DNA of 64,000 nucleotides from Bacilli bacterium (GTDB lineage Bacteria; Bacillota_I; Bacilli_A; RF39; UBA660): NCBI GenBank assembly GCA_051886215.1, contig JBJEXX010000038.1, positions 341 to 64,340 of the forward strand, read 5' to 3'. Shown piece by piece: positions 59,074 to 64,000 of this stretch (position 1 is its first letter; each line of letters starts with the position of its first letter). The notes under the pieces were generated by a model. It saw only the letters and a program-made list of their open reading frames with translations, ran no database searches and was not told where the DNA came from. The position numbers and the translations under genes were made by a program.

Positions 59074-59102
59074 CCACTGTATATAAAAAACAGTGGTTTT
59101 TT
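59074..59102 (+). terminator. intrinsic terminator/attenuator after rpmH
   Basis: CCACTGT-N9-ACAGTGG hairpin followed by TTTTTT. Confidence 0.8.
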
Positions 59103-59126
59103 AGTATAATATTTGTAGGTGATTTT

Positions 59127-59462
59127 ATGAAAAAAATAAATATAGTAAAAGAAAATAAAGTATTTAATGATATTATAAATAATTCTAAATGTGTAAAAAA
59201 TAATAACTTGGTTTTATATTATAAAAAAAATGAAAATAACAAATACTACAGATTTGGAATATCAGTTGGGAAAAAAATAGGAAAAGCAGTTACTAGAAAT
59301 AAATTAAAAAGACAAATTAGAAACATAATAGATATTAATAAAAATTACTATGAAAATAATAAAGATTATATTATAATAATAAGGAAAGGTTGTTTAAATT
59401 GTTCTTTTGAACAAATGAATAAAAGTTTTTTAGATTTGATAAAAAAATATGAAAGAGGCTAA
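59127..59462 (+). CDS. rnpA: ribonuclease P protein component
   Basis: 111 aa, basic, with the RNR-like motif KAVTRNKLKRQIRN. rpmH-rnpA-yidC synteny. Confidence 0.93.
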   Translation: MKKINIVKENKVFNDIINNSKCVKNNNLVLYYKKNENNKYYRFGISVGKKIGKAVTRNKLKRQIRNIIDINKNYYENNKDYIIIIRKGCLNCSFEQMNKSFLDLIKKYERG

Positions 59463-59463
59463 T

Positions 59464-60420
59464 ATGAAAAAAGAAAAAAGAATTTTTAAAATATTAATAG
59501 TTTTACTATTGACGTTTTTTTTGACAGGTTGTACACATCCTTTAAAAACTAATAAAAATAAAGCTGTGACAAATCCAGAAACAGGACAAAGTTTAACTGC
59601 TAATATATTATGTAAACCAACAAATGAAAAAACATTGAAAATTTACGATAAATATAAAAAGAAATTAAAAGAAGAAGAAAATATAGAAATATCAAAATTG
59701 CCTGATTGTGATAATTATAGAGTTATGGCTAACGGATATGAAGGTTTATGGACATCATTTTTTGTTCAACCACTTGCTTGGTTAATTCTAAAAATAGGTA
59801 CTTTAGTAAAATCTCATGGATTAGCTCTAATAATTACAAGTTTATTAATAAGACTTGTTGCATTTCCACTTACTAGAAAAATGGCAATGCAATCAGAATT
59901 ATTAAAAGAAGCACAAAAAGATATGCAACGCATTGAAAAAAAATATGAAAATAAAACTGATCAACAATCAATGATGAAAAAATCACAAGAAATGTCCATG
60001 GTATATCAAAAACATGGAATAAATCCAATGTCTAGTTGTTTAGCTTCATTTATTCAAATTCCATTATTCTTTGCTTTTTTTGAAGCTATAAATAGAGTAC
60101 CAGCTATATTTGAAGAAAAATTTCTAACTTTACAATTAGGAACAACTCCAATAATAGGCTTACCAAAAGGAAATATTGCTTATTTAATATTAATCGTTTT
60201 AATTGGAATTACTACGTATTATTCATTTAAAATGAATTCACAAGATACTGCAGCAACAGCAAATATGAAAAATATGCCAGTAATGATGACTATTATGATT
60301 GTATTTATGGGATTATTTATGTCATCTGCATTAGGAATATATTGGGTAACTACTAATATATTTACAATAGTTCAAAATCTATTAGTTAAAAGGAGTAAGT
60401 TAAAACATGGAAAAGTATAA
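59464..60420 (+). CDS. yidC: membrane protein insertase YidC/SpoIIIJ (lipoprotein type)
   Basis: Lipobox LLTFFLTGC plus a YidC core (ITSLLIRLVAFPLTRK, GINPMSSCL). ATG at 59464, with a GAGG Shine-Dalgarno, is preferred over the track start at 59449. Confidence 0.93.
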   Translation: MKKEKRIFKILIVLLLTFFLTGCTHPLKTNKNKAVTNPETGQSLTANILCKPTNEKTLKIYDKYKKKLKEEENIEISKLPDCDNYRVMANGYEGLWTSFFVQPLAWLILKIGTLVKSHGLALIITSLLIRLVAFPLTRKMAMQSELLKEAQKDMQRIEKKYENKTDQQSMMKKSQEMSMVYQKHGINPMSSCLASFIQIPLFFAFFEAINRVPAIFEEKFLTLQLGTTPIIGLPKGNIAYLILIVLIGITTYYSFKMNSQDTAATANMKNMPVMMTIMIVFMGLFMSSALGIYWVTTNIFTIVQNLLVKRSKLKHGKV

Positions 60421-61018
60421 ATTTACAGCAAAAACAAAAGAAGCCGCAATAGAAACAGCTTTGTATGAATTAAAAGAAGAAGATAAAAATATTATTTACA
60501 CAACTAAAGAAGTAAAATCAGGATTATTTGGAAAAAAAATAGAAATAGAAGTAGTAAGAAAAAGTGACATTATAGAACTAATAAAAGAAACTCTAATTAA
60601 TTTAACAAAAAAGATGGGAATAGATATAAATATTGAAATAAAACAAAGAGAAGAAAATCTAAATATTATAATTTTTTCTGAACAAAATTCATTATTAATA
60701 GGCAAGCAGGGTAAAAATCTTGAAGCGCTTAGTATAATATTGAAACAAATTATTAAAAATGAAATAAGTGTTCCTTTTAAATTTAATTTAGATGTAGGAG
60801 AATATAAACTAAAAAGAGAAAAAGAATTAATTAGATTAGCAAAAAGATTAGGAAAAGAAGTTCAAAAAACAAAAGAACCAATAAAATTAGATTCAATGAA
60901 TTCTTATGAAAGAAGAATAATACATAATGCTTTAAATAATTGGAATAATATTATGACAGAAAGTACAGGCGAAGAACCTAATAGATGTGTTGTAATTAAA
61001 TACAAAGGAGATAAATAA
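60407..61018 (+). CDS. jag: RNA-binding protein Jag/KhpB (Jag_N, KH, R3H)
   Basis: 203 aa with a KH GxxG (IGKQGKNL) and an R3H (SYERRIIHNAL). Confidence 0.9.
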   Translation: MEKYKFTAKTKEAAIETALYELKEEDKNIIYTTKEVKSGLFGKKIEIEVVRKSDIIELIKETLINLTKKMGIDINIEIKQREENLNIIIFSEQNSLLIGKQGKNLEALSIILKQIIKNEISVPFKFNLDVGEYKLKREKELIRLAKRLGKEVQKTKEPIKLDSMNSYERRIIHNALNNWNNIMTESTGEEPNRCVVIKYKGDK

Positions 61019-61035
61019 TCTCTTTTTTTGTGTAA

Positions 61036-61057
61036 AATTATTTCCCGGGAAATAATT
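61036..61057. promoter_or_regulatory. Noc-binding site (NBS) copy 3
   Basis: AATTATTTCCCGGGAAATAATT, in a 24-bp palindrome at 61035-61058. The core is 61039-61054. It lies 16 nt after the jag stop and 2 bp before the -35 of the mnmE promoter. Confidence 0.8.
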
Positions 61058-61059
61058 TG

Positions 61060-61088
61060 TTGAAAAAATATAACTAATATATTATAAT
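61060..61088 (+). promoter_or_regulatory. candidate sigma-A promoter for mnmE
   Basis: TTGAAA, 17-bp spacer, TATAAT, 27 bp upstream of the mnmE ATG. Confidence 0.55.
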
Positions 61089-61114
61089 ACGATTATTGAA
61101 ATGGAAGTGAGATA

Positions 61115-62470
61115 ATGACTGATACGATCGCTGCAATTGCAACATCATTAGGTGTAGGAGCAATATCTATAGTTAAAGTTAGTGGTCCAGAAGCTATAAA
61201 TAAGGTAAACAAAATTTTTAAAGGAAAAAATTTAAACAAAGTAGAAAGTCACACAATAAATTATGGACATATAATTCATAAAAAAGAAGTTATTGATGAG
61301 GTGCTAGTATCCGTAATGAAAGCTCCAAAAACTTATACTGGTGAGGATGTAGTAGAAATAAATTGTCATGGAGGAATAAGTGTAACTAAAAAAATATTAG
61401 AAATTGTTTTAGGAGAAGGAGTTAGACTAGCAGAACCAGGAGAGTTTACAAAAAGAGCTTTTTTAAATGGAAAAAAAGATTTAATTGAAGCAGAAGCAAT
61501 AATGGATATGATAAATGCTAATAACGAAGAAGCTAGAAAAATTGCTATGAATCAATTAGATGGAAAAACATCTCGTATGATAAAAAGTCTTCGCCAGGAA
61601 CTATTAGAATTACTAGCATCTATAGAAGTAAATATAGATTATCCAGAATATTACGACATAGAAGAAATGAATAATCAAAAATTAAAAGAAAATATTAAAA
61701 ATCTTGATAAAAAATTAAAAAATATATTAAAAGAATCAGAAAATGGAAAATTAATAAAAGACGGTATACAGACAATTATTATTGGAAGACCAAATGTAGG
61801 AAAAAGTAGCTTGCTTAATAAATTATTAAAAGAAGAAAAAGCGATAGTTACAGATATTGAAGGAACAACCAGAGATACAGTAGAAGGCACTATTAATATC
61901 GATGGAATAACTTTAAATATTATTGATACTGCGGGTATTAGAAATACAGATGATATAATTGAACGTATAGGAGTAGAAAAGAGTCTTAATTTAATAGATC
62001 AAGCAGATCTAATAATTATGATGTTGAATAATAATGAAACTTTAACAGAAGAAGATAAAAAATTACTTAATATGATAAAAGAAAAAAAATCAATAATTGT
62101 TATTAATAAAAATGATTTAGAAAATAAATTAAAATTAGATAAAGATAAATATAATAATATTATTTCCGTTAACACAATAGAAGATAATGGTATAAATCCT
62201 TTAATTAGTAAAATAAAAGAATTATTTAATTTAGATGAAATTAAAAGTAAAGATTACACATGTTTAACAAATATGAGACAAATTTCTTTGATTAAAGAAA
62301 CATTAGAATTATCTGAAAATATAAAACAAGCTTTAGAAAAAAATTTACCAATTGATTTAATTGAAATAGATATTAAAGAAATTTGGAATAAATTAGGTGA
62401 AATAACTGGTGACTATTATGATGAAGAATTAATAAATCAATTATTTAGTCAATTTTGTTTAGGAAAATAA
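61115..62470 (+). CDS. mnmE: tRNA modification GTPase MnmE
   Basis: 451 aa with a G domain (GRPNVGKSSLLN, DTAG, NKND) and the C-terminal CLGK motif. Confidence 0.97.
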   Translation: MTDTIAAIATSLGVGAISIVKVSGPEAINKVNKIFKGKNLNKVESHTINYGHIIHKKEVIDEVLVSVMKAPKTYTGEDVVEINCHGGISVTKKILEIVLGEGVRLAEPGEFTKRAFLNGKKDLIEAEAIMDMINANNEEARKIAMNQLDGKTSRMIKSLRQELLELLASIEVNIDYPEYYDIEEMNNQKLKENIKNLDKKLKNILKESENGKLIKDGIQTIIIGRPNVGKSSLLNKLLKEEKAIVTDIEGTTRDTVEGTINIDGITLNIIDTAGIRNTDDIIERIGVEKSLNLIDQADLIIMMLNNNETLTEEDKKLLNMIKEKKSIIVINKNDLENKLKLDKDKYNNIISVNTIEDNGINPLISKIKELFNLDEIKSKDYTCLTNMRQISLIKETLELSENIKQALEKNLPIDLIEIDIKEIWNKLGEITGDYYDEELINQLFSQFCLGK

Positions 62471-62474
62471 GAAA

Positions 62475-62496
62475 AATTATTTCCCGGGAAATAATT
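62475..62496. promoter_or_regulatory. Noc-binding site (NBS) copy 4
   Basis: AATTATTTCCCGGGAAATAATT, in a 24-bp palindrome at 62474-62497. The core is 62478-62493. It lies 3 nt after the mnmE stop and 23 nt before the mnmG ATG. Confidence 0.8.
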
Positions 62497-62520
62497 TAAT
62501 AAAAAATGGAAGTGATAAAA

Positions 62521-64000
62521 ATGAAAAAATACGAAATTATAGTAGTGGGTGGAGGTCATGCTGGTTGCGAAGCAGCCTTAGCTTCTGCAAGAAAAAATCA
62601 TAAAACTGCTCTTATCACAGGAAATATAAAAAATATTGCGGATATGCCATGCAATCCTTCAATAGGAGGTCCAGCAAAAGGGATAGTAGTTAGGGAAATA
62701 GATGCACTTGGTGGAGAAATGGCTAAAAATATAGATAAAAGTTTTTTACAAATAAAAATGTTAAATACAAAAAAAGGCCCCGCAGTACAAGCATTACGAG
62801 CTCAAGCAGATAAAATTACTTATCCACAAGAAATGTATAAGACCCTAAAAAAACAAAATAATTTAGAAATAATAGAATCATTAGTAGAAGATTTAATAAT
62901 TGAAGATAATAAAATAACAGGAGTGAGATTAGAAAATAAAGAAGAAATAGCAGCTCAGGCTGTAATTTTAACAACAGGAACTTATTTAAAGGCAGATGTT
63001 CTTGTAGGAGATCAAAGAACTAGAAGTGGTCCACATAATGAAAAGCCTTCAATGTTTTTAAGTGATAATTTAAAAAAGTTAGGATTTAATATCAAAAGAT
63101 TAAAAACTGGTACACCACAAAGAATAGATAAAAATAGTATAGATTATAGTAAATTACAAATAGAACCAGGAGGAGAAAAAACATATACTTTTTCATATGA
63201 TAATACTCCAAACTATAATATTGAAGATCAAAAAGATTGCTATTTAGTTTATACTAATGATAAAACTCATAAAATAATAAAAGAACATTTAAATGAATCA
63301 AGTATGTATGGTGGATATGTTGAGGGAGTAGGTCCAAGATATTGTCCTTCAATAGAAGATAAAATAGTTAGATTTAGTGATAAAGAAAGACACCAATTGT
63401 TTTTAGAACCAGAAAGTTTATACTATGATGATATGTATTTACAAGGTTTTTCTACAAGTATGCCACATTATGTACAAGAACAAATGGTTCATAGTTTAAA
63501 AGGTTTAGAACATGCTAAAATAACTAAATATGCATATGCAATAGAGTATGACGCAATTGACTCTAAACAATTAAAGCCAAGTCTCGAAACGAAAATAATA
63601 GAAAACTTATATACTGCTGGACAAATTAATGGAACTAGTGGTTATGAAGAAGCCGCAGGTCAAGGCTTGATTGCAGGAATAAATGCGTCACTTAAATTAG
63701 AAGGAAAAGAACCACTAATATTAAAAAGAAATGAATCATATATAGGCGTATTAATAGATGATTTAGTAACAAAAGGAGTAATAGATCCTTATAGATTACT
63801 AACTTCACGTGCAGAATATAGATTATTACTTAGAAATGATAATGCTGATATTAGATTAAAAGAATATGGTTATCAAGTTGGATTAATATCCGAAGAAAGA
63901 TATAATAAATTTAAAAATAAATTACAAAATATAGATAAATTAATAGAATATTTACAAATAAATAAGATAACACCAACTGAAGAAACAAATAATTATTTAA
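62521..64000 (+). CDS. mnmG: tRNA uridine 5-carboxymethylaminomethyl modification enzyme MnmG (GidA), 3-prime truncated by the window end
   Basis: Open frame from the ATG at 62521 to the window edge. It is not in the track because there is no stop. FAD motif IVVGGGHAGCEAALASAR, plus PCNPSIGGPAKG. Confidence 0.96.
   Translation, partial: MKKYEIIVVGGGHAGCEAALASARKNHKTALITGNIKNIADMPCNPSIGGPAKGIVVREIDALGGEMAKNIDKSFLQIKMLNTKKGPAVQALRAQADKITYPQEMYKTLKKQNNLEIIESLVEDLIIEDNKITGVRLENKEEIAAQAVILTTGTYLKADVLVGDQRTRSGPHNEKPSMFLSDNLKKLGFNIKRLKTGTPQRIDKNSIDYSKLQIEPGGEKTYTFSYDNTPNYNIEDQKDCYLVYTNDKTHKIIKEHLNESSMYGGYVEGVGPRYCPSIEDKIVRFSDKERHQLFLEPESLYYDDMYLQGFSTSMPHYVQEQMVHSLKGLEHAKITKYAYAIEYDAIDSKQLKPSLETKIIENLYTAGQINGTSGYEEAAGQGLIAGINASLKLEGKEPLILKRNESYIGVLIDDLVTKGVIDPYRLLTSRAEYRLLLRNDNADIRLKEYGYQVGLISEERYNKFKNKLQNIDKLIEYLQINKITPTEETNNYL

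Noticed and set aside
74-61890. About 28 opposite-strand or shadow ORFs in the supplied track. They are 74-268, 1227-1577, 1390-1749, 3437-3628, 4176-4391, 7830-8060, 8108-8362, 12379-12588, 18266-18625, 23236-23517, 24391-24621, 24637-24864, 26648-26977, 31581-31784, 31956-32141, 36342-36563, 39653-39865, 45076-45312, 46538-46720, 46760-47050, 47816-48079, 53051-53263, 53767-53961, 56015-56230, 57560-57832, 60496-60705 and 61675-61890.
   Set aside because: Each lies almost entirely inside a well-supported conserved gene on the other strand or in another frame. They have low-complexity I/F/L/S/N-rich translations typical of antisense frames in AT-rich DNA, and they lack Shine-Dalgarno sequences.
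1-64000. Alternative genetic code (UGA as Trp, as in Mollicutes), CRISPR arrays, IS elements, prophage or defence-island genes.
   Set aside because: All conserved genes read through as full-length ORFs under the standard code and use TGG for Trp. No arrays of spaced direct repeats, transposase or integrase-like ORFs, or terminal inverted repeats were seen.

Overview
This window is the replication-origin region of a very AT-rich, gene-dense Bacillota chromosome. The gene content looks Bacilli/Erysipelotrichia-like, with a spore-former set: spoVG, spoVT, yabP, yabQ, yabG and a bofA-like gene. oriC lies at about 57.0-58.9 kb, with DnaA-box clusters on both sides of dnaA. Every gene to its left is on the minus strand (dnaA-dnaN-comK-like-recF-gyrB-gyrA ... 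secE-nusG-rplKAJL-rpoBC). Every gene to its right is on the plus strand (rpmH-rnpA-yidC-jag-mnmE-mnmG). The gene order is a strongly compacted version of the first ~120 kb of the Bacillus subtilis map, with a few small insertions. No rRNA or tRNA genes, CRISPR arrays or mobile elements were seen. RNA and regulatory calls include a minimal 4.5S-type SRP RNA, a Met T-box leader before metG, an L10-leader-like attenuator before rplJ, several sigma-A-type promoters and many intrinsic terminators. The most notable findings are listed below. (1) An identical 22-bp palindrome occurs four times, and its core TATTTCCCGGGAAATA is the Noc-binding site (NBS). (2) Three parS sites (TGTTTCACGTGAAACA) lie in tandem within about 100 bp, between gyrA and the SRP RNA gene; one of them also has the form of the gyrA terminator. 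(3) Both site types abut promoters and sit only 0.6 kb apart. (4) Two separate insertions into conserved synteny may form one system. One is a SipW-type signal peptidase island with a TasA/camelysin-like protein. The other is a SigH-linked paralogue fused to a LamG-like domain, next to a tail-anchored protein with a kinase-catalytic-loop-like remnant. (5) A ComK-family gene sits between dnaN and recF. (6) An ECF sigma pair occupies the ctsR-mcsAB position upstream of clpC. All protein assignments rest on motif and synteny recognition by eye. No database or HMM search was possible.
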